NCBI RefSeq assembly: GCF_003918875.1 | Contig: NW_025765607.1 | Location: 1-64,000 of the forward strand | Reading direction: 5' to 3' | From: Haliotis rubra | Lineage: Eukaryota | Length of the DNA stretch: 64,000 nt | Shown here: positions 52,291-64,000 of the stretch, in pieces | Layout of the letters: every line of letters starts with the position of its first letter | Position numbering within the stretch: position 1 is the stretch's first letter | The notes under the pieces: generated by a model | What the model was told of the DNA's origin: nothing | Database searches by the model: none | The model's input: only the letters and a program-made list of their open reading frames with translations | Program-made: the position numbers and the translations under genes

Positions 52291-54032
52291 AGTCTCTACA
52301 ACAGGCAGGTGTCTCTCACCGTCAGTGTGGAACATGACTCCTTTGATCCCCCGACGTATACCAAGTCTGTCACTTATAACACCATACAGTTCCTTGGTAG
52401 GTACACATCAACAGCCAATCATCCTGTTGTTAACTCATGGTTTCTATTGCAGCAAAAAGAAAGATAAGTTTCACATCGGCAGTAAACAAAGACAGTGTCT
52501 TAGCAAAAGTCTTGGACGGACACCCAATTATTAAATGTGGTGTTTTATGCGCCACGAATGGAACACAGATCATAAAAAATGCCACTTAAGAAGCTGTATC
52601 TGTTTGTAATGCATGTTATGCTTCAAACACCTCGTACACGTGAACCAAGGTAGGAAGAAATGAACTTCGCAAACTGAAACCAACAATCGGTTATACCAAC
52701 TTGGGTTGTCCGTCAAGACGTGATGGCGTATTTCTACGACGATGTCGTATTGGCCACAGTCGGTATACTCATGGCTATCTGCGCAAAACAGATGGAGATG
52801 GACCTAGTTAGTGTTTTCACCATCAAACATATTCTGTTTGGTTGAGTGGACTTTTCAAGCAGGCATCTCATTACCAACTATTTGAGAGAAAATTTGAGAC
52901 TTCACGCCTGTGTCTGTTCATCCTGAAACTAATGGTCCTCATCAGTGTATATCGAGCTATTCACATTTTGTTGGATATATTTTGTATATTTTAAAACTTT
53001 ATCCTTGGCAAACTGCGAGTAGTATAGAGTCGATACACATGCATTTTGTGTCGAATTTTTGCACCGGACATCACGAAAGATTGTTCTCTATCAACCAATT
53101 TACACGAGAAATGTTTCGTTAAAGCAAAGTTGTTCTGAAAAGTCGAATTTAGAAACAATTGCGTAATTATGAGGGATTGTATGTTTTCTAACCCTTAGAC
53201 CAATACTTTTCTACATCTCCACTCTAAGACAGCGCAATCGTCCAGCACAGATACCTTGTGTTGCCGTCTTTAATGGAGATTAAGCAACCACTCTAAACAC
53301 AAGACGCGGCAAACAGTGTCTGGTGTAGTGGTGCAGGATTCTAAAATGTCATGGTGGAATATTTATCATATTGAAATGCGTCAAATTGGTGCAGCTACTA
53401 TTGCTGTCAGATTTGTTTTATTTTCATGTGGGAAGATCAGTTGATATTCTTGTAAATATACTAGCAGAATATTCACTTTCTTTAAATGGCCTTTTGTAAT
53501 ATATCCGATTTTGTTACAACCAATGGGTGCTATGTCGATATGTTTCCAGAAGAGGTACACAAGACCGTACTTTCAAAATATCTCAAATCAGCATCGAACA
53601 CTAACTCGGAGGTTCTTTATAGCATTTTGTAAATATCACGATATCATCAGCTCTGTGGTTTATGGTACTAAAATAGTGATATCCGGTATAATTGTTTGTC
53701 ATGCCGATGTTAGCATCGATGAGTTCATTTGTTACAGTCCCGGTCAGCTCTGTGACACTGGCAAACATCGGTTCCGATAATGAGGAGATAGGACGTGAAG
53801 CAAATCAATCTTTGACCTTGACCTGCGTGACCTCAGCCAGTTTTCCCATTTCCACTGTGACCTGGGTGACCTTGCCATCAGGAACGTCACCTACAGTCAG
53901 CACAGAGACGACATCTGGTGTCCTGGTGAAGAGAACAAGCTCCGTCACATTCACTGTCAGTAGGAGTGACCAGGGGAAGAGCTTTCGCTGTCAGGCTGAA
54001 AACATCAACGGTCAGACATCCCCGTAGTCTAC

Positions 54033-54690
54033 CAGAGCCACACTGGAGGTCTGGTGTAAGTAGACACATTCTAGCAGAGATATGTTAGATGTTTGATTTA
54101 AGTAGAGACAGTCTGGAGCAGAGTGTAGACAGATTAGATGTTTGATTTAAGCAGAGACATGTTAGATGTTTGATTTAAGTAGACACACTAACTGGAGGTT
54201 TGGTGTAAGTAGGTGACAGAGCCACACTGGAGCAGAGACATGTTAGATGTTTGATTTAAGTAGACACAGTCTAACAGAGCCACACTGGAGGTTTGGTGTA
54301 AGTAGACACAGTCTAACAGAGCCACACTGGAGGTTTGGTGTAAGTAGACACAGTCTAACAGGGCCACACTGGAGGTTTGGTGTAAGTAGACACAATCTAA
54401 CAGAGACATGTAAGATGTTTGATTTCAGTAGACACAGTCTAACAGAGCCACACTGGAGGTTTGGTGTAAGTAGACACAGTCTAACAGAGCCACACTGGAG
54501 GTTTGGTGTAAGTAGACACAGTCTAACAGAGTCCGATTTGAGGATTGGCATAAGCAGACACAGTACTAGTCTTGTTGACCAATGCTGGAGGTTTGGAGGG
54601 AGTAGCATGGGTCTAACAGGGCTACACGTTTGGTGTAATTTGTCCAACAGAGTTATACTGGAGGTTTTATCTGAGTAGACACGCTGAAGG
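54033..54690 (+). repeat. 42-bp minisatellite made of exon end + splice donor
   Basis: Unit ACAGAGCCACACTGGAGGTTTGGT|GTAAGTAGACACAGTCTA (e.g. 54274, 54316) plus a diverged variant. Confidence 0.92.
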
Positions 54691-57600
54691 TTGGATGTGA
54701 GTTGTGTGACAGGTATGCAATGTCATGTTTACCAGAGCCATAAGACATGTTTGGTGTCAACAGACTTCTATCTATTGATCAGTCACAGTGTAACACAGCA
54801 GAGATGAAGCGTTTGTGAAAGTAGGTGATTTGTACAAAGAAGATAGAGTCTTCAGAGCTACACTGAACGATTGCAATAATTATACGAAACAAATTGGTGG
54901 TTTGTGACAAAGTGACAAAGTGTAACAGAATAAAGGTAAAGCTGATGCGGACACATATCTGTCAGATGTACGCTAGAGGTTGTGTATCAGTAGACACGGT
55001 TTAGCAAGTAGCACTGTAATGATACATAATTGTGCTGCATTCCAGTCGGACCAGAGCAGGTTGATATGACAAAACCAGACAGCAACGTGACTTTAGAGAA
55101 CAGTAACCTGACATTGACCTGTGGTGCCACCGGTTACCCCAACCTGACCTTCACCTGGGACTACAACTCTCAACTTCAGGCCAAACAAAGGCAAGGCAAA
55201 TGTAAGATGTCACGTCAGAAACACAAGAACCTCCCCCACTAAGACTGGCTCTGTGTCACTAGATGTCAAATGTGAGTATTCCCATTGAGGAAATATCGAG
55301 CTAATTGTATTGAGGCCATTCTGAAAAAAAGGTTCCTAGTCTCTGCTGTTACATCTATACTTCATACATTGTCATTTATACTTCATTTATACTTATACAA
55401 TCTTGATTAATCCTATTACAGACCCACCACGTGCCCTTCCTTCCATCACACAGTTTCCGGATGTGATGTCTGAAGGAGACCCACAGACAATCAGCTGCTC
55501 GGTGACAGGAGGAAATCCTCTAGCTACGATCACATGGTCCTGTCCTGGCACTGGATCTGCATCGGTCAGTGACAGTGATCAGACAAGGACATCTACTCTC
55601 TCCTTTACTGTCAGCAGGAGTCAACATGGTCAACAGTGTCAGTGTCTGGGGGCGTGACAGTATGGAGGATACAACTACACTGATGTCAGGACATTCAACG
55701 TCAGCTGTGAGAATTAGTGTATCTGGAGAGGTTGATAAGTACAGAAAGCAATTCCCCACACTAAGATTTGAAGGATATATAGCATCCGATTTAAGATATC
55801 ATTGTGGCCAAAATATGTCTATTTACGTTATGTTATATACCACTCCTTTCTCGAACAATTTTCCACATGACACGAATCAGACACTAAAAAGTGACAGTAC
55901 TTTGGTATGGTGAGGACCGGTTATTTTCACGTCTTCAGGTGTACCATCACCTGTGTTGGAGCAAGCTGTTGATGAATTAAAGTGCAGCTAGGTTCTAACC
56001 GCGGGTTATCTTGTTTCGCAAAAGTTAAGAAGCTTAATGGTACAGTTTTCTTCAACAGATATACATATTTATATCGATATATGTGGATGCTGTAAACGAT
56101 ATTCAATTACGCATAGATATGTCTGTGCATTATCTTTAGGTTTCACTTTAGGTAGATCTTTAGAAGCTGTATCGACGAGGTAGATGATACTTTTGTAAAA
56201 CACGTCACGTCACACAGAGGGATAACAATGCCTCAGTACTAACTCAGTAGTTATACAGTCAATATATATTTCATTTCATTCGCAGGTCCCACAAACCCAC
56301 AACCACTCAAAGCCGACTGTAACATGACAGGTGCAATAGCAGGAACCGCAATAGGAACCCTACTTCTTACCTTACTGATTGGAGCACTAGTTCTGGTTGT
56401 CCTCAACAGGAAGGGGTTCAGGTTTGGAAACGTCATGACAGGTATGTTGTTAAATCTCATTGTATTGGAAGTATAATCATGAAGTATTTAATGAAATATT
56501 TACAAAATAGAGATGTTTCATATCAAAGTGGCTATATTGATGACTATTATGGTGAATGTCAAAGTTACCAGGGAATCAGTTCTGACTCAAATGCGCAAAT
56601 CCAGGGGTGGTAATATATTAACGATGAAACATTATATCCTTCAGAGCAGAATTTTTTCTTTCATTAAATAATTAACGTTTCACATTTCTTGTTCTTCCTT
56701 TGCAAACCCTGCACCAGTAACCAACATTATCCAAATTGTCGAATCTTCATTTGTGTTTATTTCAGTGTACTAAATGTTCATTCTCTTTGTTTCAGAAAAT
56801 GCTTCTCGAAAAAGGTATACTTCATTTGTAAATAAACTGTTTTGAAATAAGTTTGAAATACGTTAAATGTCACATACTGAAGGTTCGTTTCCATTATTGA
56901 ATTCAATAATCGATCGCCTTTACCTTTGTAGCACCAGAAATCCTGAAATTGAAGAAATGGAAAACATAGGATATTCATCACTAGGTAGGTTCAACATATC
57001 AGGTTTGATACAGGTGGTCACATTTAGTCATACACCTCGTGTTTTATGTATTCATGTTGATTTGTTACAGATCACATCAACAGTCCAGCTCAGTCTCCAA
57101 CCACGGATACAGAGGGTTCGGAAAGACAACATTACACACAGCTGAAGGTTTATGAGAATACAAGCGGTATATATATACAGTTTCTTACATTACTATAGAA
57201 CTCAATCATAAGTGAAGTGAAGACATGCCATATTGCAGGTATTATACATGTATGTATCGTTGTGTTTACGTTTGGAAGGGTATGTAATAATGTGTATATA
57301 TTTTGTTTAGTCGATGCCAAACCAGAAACAAGTACCTACGAAGACATGACAGAGACGCCTCCTATACCATACGAGTCCATCAGCGCTTCTCCATACCAGA
57401 ACAGCGGCTCTCAACCTGAAGGTACCCACAACTGAGGTGATCTATCGTATTGAATGAGAGGAAAGTTACAATAATGAATTGTACACAAGAAGCAGTGTTA
57501 GTTTCCAACAAATACCTAAGCTTCTGTTCTAGTGTAGAATGCAATATTTTTATTTTTGTCATATTCTGTACGATAATAATGTGACACATTTAACTGATAT

Positions 57601-58493
57601 TCTGTTTTCAGATCCTCACTATAGGAATGCGTGAAGAAACACCAGATGAGACGGACACTATGTCACGGGATAGTAATACACAGCCTGTGAACTGATAGGT
57701 TTCTTAGCTCTCATGTAGTGTGTTTTAATGTCATCATTTTCTCGTTACCTCATAGTATTCCCCTATGATATTTCCAAGTAGTATGTACATTATAGTAAAT
57801 AAACCCAGAACATAACAGTCGTTTATGTTACTTGCATGGAATCCGACTGGTAGAATTTCTTGCACCGCCTTTTGTCCACATTGACGGTGCACACATTAAC
57901 ATGTTTATTGCGTATGTCTTTTTCTATAATAGTAGATGAGTTCACGAGAGGATATGCCATAATGAAGGATGAATGGTGTTCATTGTCTGTTTGTATCAAA
58001 TTTCTTTTTAAAGATTACGAGTTATATCGGACATAAACACTGAATATATACTGCACTCGTATTACCACTGACATTTTAGTATTAAGACAACATTTTCTAA
58101 AGTATTTTTGCTTATTTACTGTCTTATTGAACTGGAAAGGTTCCTCCGATACCCACTGCACCAAATACACACGTATCCATCCATATTGGGAAATTATCTG
58201 CTGTGTTAAGAGTTCTACATAAAATATTATAAATAATATAACATCTTTGTGTACGTAATACAACAAATCCGCAAACTGCTGCACAGACCCGCTGGGTTTG
58301 AGATTACAGTGTCACAATCAGTCGTTTGAATATCATGTCAACAGATATGGTGAGTATTTTTGTTGCTCGTGGGCTACATCACAACACAAAAGTCAGTCGT
58401 CTGTATGTGCGTATTGTAAATCAAGGTCAGTTACACGGATCCATATTATGTACGTTTTGTATAGGTCTTTGCACTAAGGTGCCAAGTACAGGC

Positions 58494-59083
58494 CCGTTCA
58501 CCTGTACAACGAAATATATTTCTCTTACTGTTGAAAACGTACTAAAAGATCAGTTTTTACAAAGGTGGCAATGTGACATCAGAAGCAGTCCCAAAGGACT
58601 GAAAATTATCGTGTCCTGAAAGATTTCCCATCAATTGAAAAATACCTTCTATTACCAAAAGAAATATCTTATCCCTTGCTATTATTTAGAACGAGTAATC
58701 GTCATCTCCCAATTGAAACTGGCCGTTGGAAACGCATCCCGCAAAATGATAGAACCTGCCATCTCTGTAACTCACCTTCAACAGCTGATGAATTCCATTA
58801 TCTATTTAGATGTTCTGCCTTCACTCAAACTAGACGTCACTATTTGGAACCATATTATTGTACGTTCTCTAACTTGTATAAGATGAAATCATTGTTCGCA
58901 TCCAACAAACTGTCTATTCTTAAGAAATTATCAAAGTTTATATCTATTATCAATAAGCCACGCACAAACTGTAAATAATGCAACGATCTTCCAACAATGC
59001 AATTAAATTTATGTATACTATATATCCTATGCTCTTGTACCACCGTGGAGGTTAAAGGAGAATAAAGATTGATTGATTGATTG
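58494..59083 (+). mobile_element. 5'-truncated non-LTR retrotransposon (ORF2 C-terminus, RTE-X-like)
   Basis: FRTSNRHLPIETGRW..RTCHLCN...DEFHYLFRC zinc motif; AATAAA + (GATT)n tail; perfect 21-bp TSD ACTAAGGTGCCAAGTACAGGC (58473-58493, 59084-59104). Confidence 0.92.
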
Positions 59084-59221
59084 ACTAAGGTGCCAAGTAC
59101 AGGCTATTACCATATCTATCAAAGAACTGTGGCAACGGATTATGCCTTACTTTCAGCAATGCGTCGACGTGTTTTTGGCGTGTATTGAAGCCAATGTTGA
59201 TCACACTCACAATCGATTCAT

Positions 59222-60225
59222 CATTCTACCATGGCTACGTGAAATGCTCGGTTTTGACTGGTCAATCAATAAAATTAGACGCTATCAATTTTGGATTGAA
59301 AATTGGTCTGATTTCACGACCGCTTCACTGCGCACGTATGCAACACTGCCGCATCAGCTTGACCACCAACATGGCTGATATCAACACAACAGACGTGATG
59401 GAAATGCTGATAAAACATTTATTAAAACTCGAAAAATACAATTTTTATATGATTTTTCCTCCCCAATTTATTAGGGAACCTCACTATCATATAACCTTCA
59501 ATAATAAAATTTTCAATTTCAATTACAATACACAGCCCCAAACATAAACAAACATTATCTAACATGTAAATCAGAAAGCCTTGTAATTTTTATCGCTATC
59601 TATACAAACTGTGCAGCAAATCCTTACTAGACATTTACCTACCTGGTAAATGGTATATTTGTTTCCGTTTAGAATCATAAGAATTGGAAATTCGCAAGGT
59701 AACGGTCAGGCTAAATGTTCACAAAATTTATTCCACTCACACTCCATCATGTCCCGTTGCATCGTTCAAAAAATACATGTAAAAAATTGAACCACCAGAA
59801 TTCTGCTCTGCCAGCTTCCCCACAAGACTGTCACTGCTGGTGATCTATGTTCGTACACTTTGAAAAAAGCTTGGCCACAATCCAGTCCCAAATGATGAAA
59901 CCAATGTTTCAAGGAATCCCAAGTTAGTCGCATGTACACAAAGCAGCACTGTCACTGTTTTCGTAGCTTGCCGGGGTGGAGGCACCTACAGCCTTCTACT
60001 CCCTTCACAGAAGAGTTCAATTCGCCTCTCGCACCATGCCGGATGTCGCAGTGTCTTCCGCGGAAGGAAGGAAATGGATTTTAAATCGGTTATGGTAGAA
60101 TGGAGATAAACGTATTGTGTTGGAAACTTATGTGAATGTTAGGCAGAATTGACACTCTCTAAATTAATCATTTGAACCGCGTTCGGTTCAAAATGAAATT
60201 TAGAGACTATCAATTCTGTCTAACA
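59222..60225. mobile_element. Putative non-autonomous DNA element with short IR and terminal hairpin (Crypton-like?)
   Basis: 11-bp IR CATTCTACCAT (59222) / ATGGTAGAATG (60092); long hairpin at 60137-60225. The family assignment is a guess. Confidence 0.4.
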
Positions 60226-60581
60226 CAGTACGTTTAACTCCTAATTTGATAACATTTTGATATACAGAAAACGCCTTATATATGTGTTTCTTTTCTTTTC
60301 AACACTGTATGCTTTCTTACGAGCGCTAGTTTATATTCTTACCTCAGCCTGGGCACAATATGAAAACGGCCCTGAGCTATAACATACACACAATTCCTAA
60401 AAATGAGCCTACATGTTGATGCATGTTAAACATTGCAGAAAATAACATTGCAATTTTCCGCTGCTTAACTATTTTAAAAAATCAGACGAAACCTATCCCA
60501 GAGCAGAGGTTACGACTAACACTCCGTACTTCAACTTTAAGGGTTCAGGGCAAACCTCTACCCATTGTAGTACACATAGGA

Positions 60582-61745
60582 ACATCGTCAGAGTCGGGTC
60601 TTGAAGTTTGTAAAGACATCAAGTAAACATACCAAACTAGGAGACACTATTCAATAGTCAAGAGGGACCCGCCATTCGGGAAACGTAGAGGTATTCCACA
60701 TCGTCAGTGTCGGATCTTGAAGTTTGTAAAGACATCAAATAAACATACCAAACTAGGAGACACTATTCAATAGTCAAGAGGGACCCGCCATTCGGGAAAC
60801 GTAGAGGTATTCCACATCGTCAGTGTCGGGTCTTGAAGTTTGTAAAGACATCAAGTAAACATACCAAACTAGGAGACGCTTTACAATAGTCAAGAGGGAC
60901 CCGCCATTCGGGAAACGTAGAGGTATTCCACATCGTCAGTGTCGGGTCTTGAAGTTTGTAAAGACATCAAGTAAACGTACCAAACTAGGAGACACTATTC
61001 AGTAGTCAAGAGGGACCCGTCATTCGGAAAACGTTGAGGTATTCCACATCGTCAGAGTCGGGTCTTGAAGTTTGTAAAGACATCAAGTAAACATACCAAC
61101 CTACGAGACACTATTCAATAGTCAAGAGGGACCCGCCATTCGGTAAACGTAGAGGTATTCCACATCTTCAGTGTAGGGTCTTGAAGTTTGTTAAGATATC
61201 AAGTAAACATACCAAGCTACGAGACACTATTCAATAGTCAAGAGGGGTCCGCCATTCGGGAAACATAGAGGTAGTCCACGTAGTCAGTGTCGGGTCTTGA
61301 AGTTTGTAAAGACATCAAGGAAACATACCAAACTAGGAGACACTATTCAATAGTCAAGAGGGACCCGCCATTCGGTAAACGTAGAGGTATTCCACGTAGT
61401 CAGTGTCGGGTCTTGAAGTTTGTAAAGACATCAAGTAAACTACCAAACTAGGAGACACTATTCAATAGTCGAGACGGACCCGCCATTAGGGAAATGTAGA
61501 GGTATTCCACATCGTCAGTGTCGGGTCTTGAAGTTTGTAAAGACATCAAGTGAACACACCAAACTAGGAGACACTATTCAATAGTCAAGAGGGACCCGCC
61601 ATTCGGTAAACGTAGAGGTATTCCACGTAGTCAGTGTCGGGTCTTGAAGTTTGTAAAGACATCAAGTAAACGTACCAAACTAGGAGACACTATTCAATAG
61701 TCAAGAGGGACCCGCCATTAGGGAAACGTAGAGGTATTCCACATC
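60582..61745. repeat. 116-bp tandem repeat, 10 copies
   Basis: ACATCGTCAG recurs at 60582, 60698, 60814 and onward; the units are near-identical along their whole length. Confidence 0.95.
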
Positions 61746-63228
61746 CAACGGTGCTAGATGCTTTCTTGTAGTAAGAAAATGGATATGGATGAAATACAAT
61801 GACACATATCAACCGTGAAATGTGCATCCGATAATCCTTGACATGGGTTGATTTGTTGCAAACTTACCCAGTTAATTATGAATGGGATTTTACAATATAG
61901 ACTGGTTGGTGACTTTGCAATCTCATTTCTCCACACAATGCATTCGGATATAAGGCAAATGTTCTGTTATTGAAGGATCACTTCAGCATGACATCAGTAT
62001 AGAACGAATGTGTCCCCACTGAGCTACCACATATTAGGTCTAAATATAGCCCGTCCTACCCGACAGCAATGAGGAAGTATGATGTGTGATATTATTAGTG
62101 CACTGTGTTCAGGTTTCCACCAGACGTAGGTAGGATGCTTCATGGATAAAATACAAATTAGAAGACCATACCAGCTGAATCCAGGTAAGTGTTGTTTTTA
62201 GGCAATGCAACAATCATCCGGGTACTTTTAACCCCCCGGCCCAAACGGAGACCCAGGCAAAGACAGAGCAGTGGTCGCACACAGTGAATCCAAGAGGGTT
62301 CGATACGTTTAGGATAGGATATTAAGTGTACGTATTTTCAGGTGCTGGCGTTCTCTTTCAGGGAGTTATGAAACAAGAGGTGTAGGTATCTATATTACAC
62401 TCTACGTTTAACTCCATTACTTCTAGCAGAAGCACACTTGGCAATATGCCAGCGAGAGTACGCCTACCTGTATGTTTACACAGGTGAACACCAGTTGCAT
62501 GTACATATGGATTATGAGTGCTGCATGACTTGTTGAAAGCTTTACACAAACAGACGGCCCACAGGAAGGTTGTACTACACACACAAAGGCGGCCTGGTGA
62601 GATTAATCTGCATTTTACCACAGAAATATCACCAGCATATCCTGCCAGTTCAGGGCAACGGTTTTCGTTTAGGTCGCTCACGAATATGGTGAATGCTACA
62701 AGTGGTGGAGTTTCAATTTGTGTATCAATGTGTCAGTGTACAACTCAAGTGTACAAGTCAAGTATAAAGATATAACTTCCCATGAGGCACTTTCCAATGA
62801 CAACCAGGGGCTCAGATAGTGGACTTTGAAATGTCCTGACGAACAACAATAATCTGGTTTGATACCATTATTTGCGGATGAACGGAATACATTTGGAAAA
62901 GTGACAGCATAGAATCGATGTGTTTACAACTGGCCACGTTTCAAACTTGATGAATCGAATTAGGTGCGTTGAATTTGGAAGCTGAACTGTAAGTTTCGAC
63001 AGACCAAAGGCAGATGACTTGTCGTGTTACCTTTGGATAAGAGAGTGAGTTTGGCTTAACGTCATTTTGCACATGCTTAGAGAATGAAGAATACAGAAGA
63101 ATGAATAAATAAAGAATTGGTTTTATGGGAAACCAAAAAGAGAGACAACATATATCCCTATTAAACCAGACATGTGATAATGATACTGATTGTTAAATTC
63201 AACCAGAAATCGTTTTCTTTACAGAGAC

Positions 63229-63307
63229 ATGACCAATCCGACCAGTTTTGTCATGGATACTTTGCATGCGGGTTTGATGATGTATGTTATCGGAATTGTC
63301 ATCACTG
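63229..63307 (+). CDS. Probable signal-peptide exon of a further gene continuing beyond the window
   Basis: Acceptor TTTTCTTTACAG (63224), MTNPTSFVMDTLHAGLMMYVIGIVIT, phase-1 donor G|GTAGGT. Same layout as exon 2 of gene A. Confidence 0.5.
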
Positions 63308-64000
63308 GTAGGTTTATTCTGTTTTTGTAATACTCTTACACACACACAGGTGAAGTTTTACCTTATCCACTAACTTCCACTTTCCTCGATGTGTTCGGGT
63401 CAGATCCAGTACAATATCCGTTTTTTACATTTCTAATACATTTAGCCCAATGCACAAAATCAACAATCTCTACACTGTGTTGTTGTGTTTTCTCCATTCT
63501 CCGAGAGGATTCGGTGAAACAGTGCACCTCCTCAGTCCGTGGCGTCCATAGAAATCAGAGCAATAATATCTGGGGAACGAAGTCAATCAACCGAAGTAGA
63601 GGCATTTGAATGTAAACTGGCTCTGGCACTAGTACTGACTAAATGTGTAATCTATGTTTGGATCTTAGTTCGGGTTTAAAACTAATGTACGGCCATTGTT
63701 AAAAGGTTCGTTTTAGTTTATGTCTGCACTTTCCATATGCTTTGCGAAGTGTCCATAGAGAAATATCTATTTTCAAGTGTTAAACTGTAAACCATTTAGG
63801 TTCGTGTTTCAGAACTGCTTCTTTCTATACAGTAGGGATATATCAGAATACATGCATTGCAGTTGCAGAAATTGTCGAACGAGTCAGAAAACACTGTAGG
63901 ATGTAATGGGTCAAACTGGTCATGATACTGGTGATACTTGTTTATAAAAGATACATTGCCATTTCTCACTGTCTTTGTTGTACAAGGCCGTTGTATGTAA

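Larger units (their letters stand above)
48939..57634 (+). pseudogene. Gene C: IgSF receptor paralogue (5 Ig, TM, Tyr tail), multiply disabled
   Basis: Signal exon 48939-49011 ((T)SPRVFLELIPLLILLDTAQ; ACG where ATG is expected). Then 49893-50204, 51761-51903 + 52186-52396, 53738-54055 (TAG 54025), 55046-55271 (65 nt shorter than the gene B homologue, frameshift), 55422-55706 (TGA 55655), TM 56286-56441, 56796-56814, 56932-56984, 57071-57166, 57311-57421, 57612-57634. Confidence 0.82.

Noticed and set aside
54188-54678. Repetitive ORFs on both strands
   Set aside because: Artefacts of the 42-bp repeat.
40742-55706. Dscam-like mutually exclusive exon cassette, or RAG-type rearranging locus
   Set aside because: The Ig exons resolve into separate genes, each with its own TM and tail; no arrays of full alternative exons or convincing RSS heptamer/nonamer pairs were seen.
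60582-61745. CRISPR-like periodic array
   Set aside because: Whole 116-bp units are repeated with no unique spacers; no cas genes; eukaryotic context.

Overview
AT-rich, intron-containing animal genomic DNA. The SINE families with (ACTC)n/(AGTC)n tails and the Ig-domain style suggest a mollusc, probably a gastropod such as abalone (inference from recall, not searched). Left part (1-12 kb): a decayed PIF/Harbinger transposon (transposase +, Myb/SANT gene -). Next is a 4.7-kb degenerate Polinton/Maverick-like viral remnant bracketed by a 76-bp inverted repeat, carrying an intact lone BIR (IAP) ORF and a zinc-finger/A32-type packaging-ATPase fusion. A Tc1 fragment follows. Main content (22-64 kb): a tandem + strand cluster of Ig-superfamily type-I membrane receptors. 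Gene A appears intact (~746 aa; 5 Ig + FN3 + TM + multi-tyrosine tail). Genes B and C are disabled paralogues with 5 Ig + TM and the same tail. Relic Ig exons lie upstream and a probable fourth gene starts near the right edge. The paralogues keep a common TM/tyrosine-motif module but have different ectodomains. At five places their splice sites plus flanking exon sequence have been tandemly amplified. Introns and spacers hold SINEs, a second Harbinger, a 9-bp-TSD TIR element, a HINE-like element, a 5'-truncated LINE and several minisatellites. Exon models were built by eye from GT/AG sites and reading frame; no transcript evidence was available.
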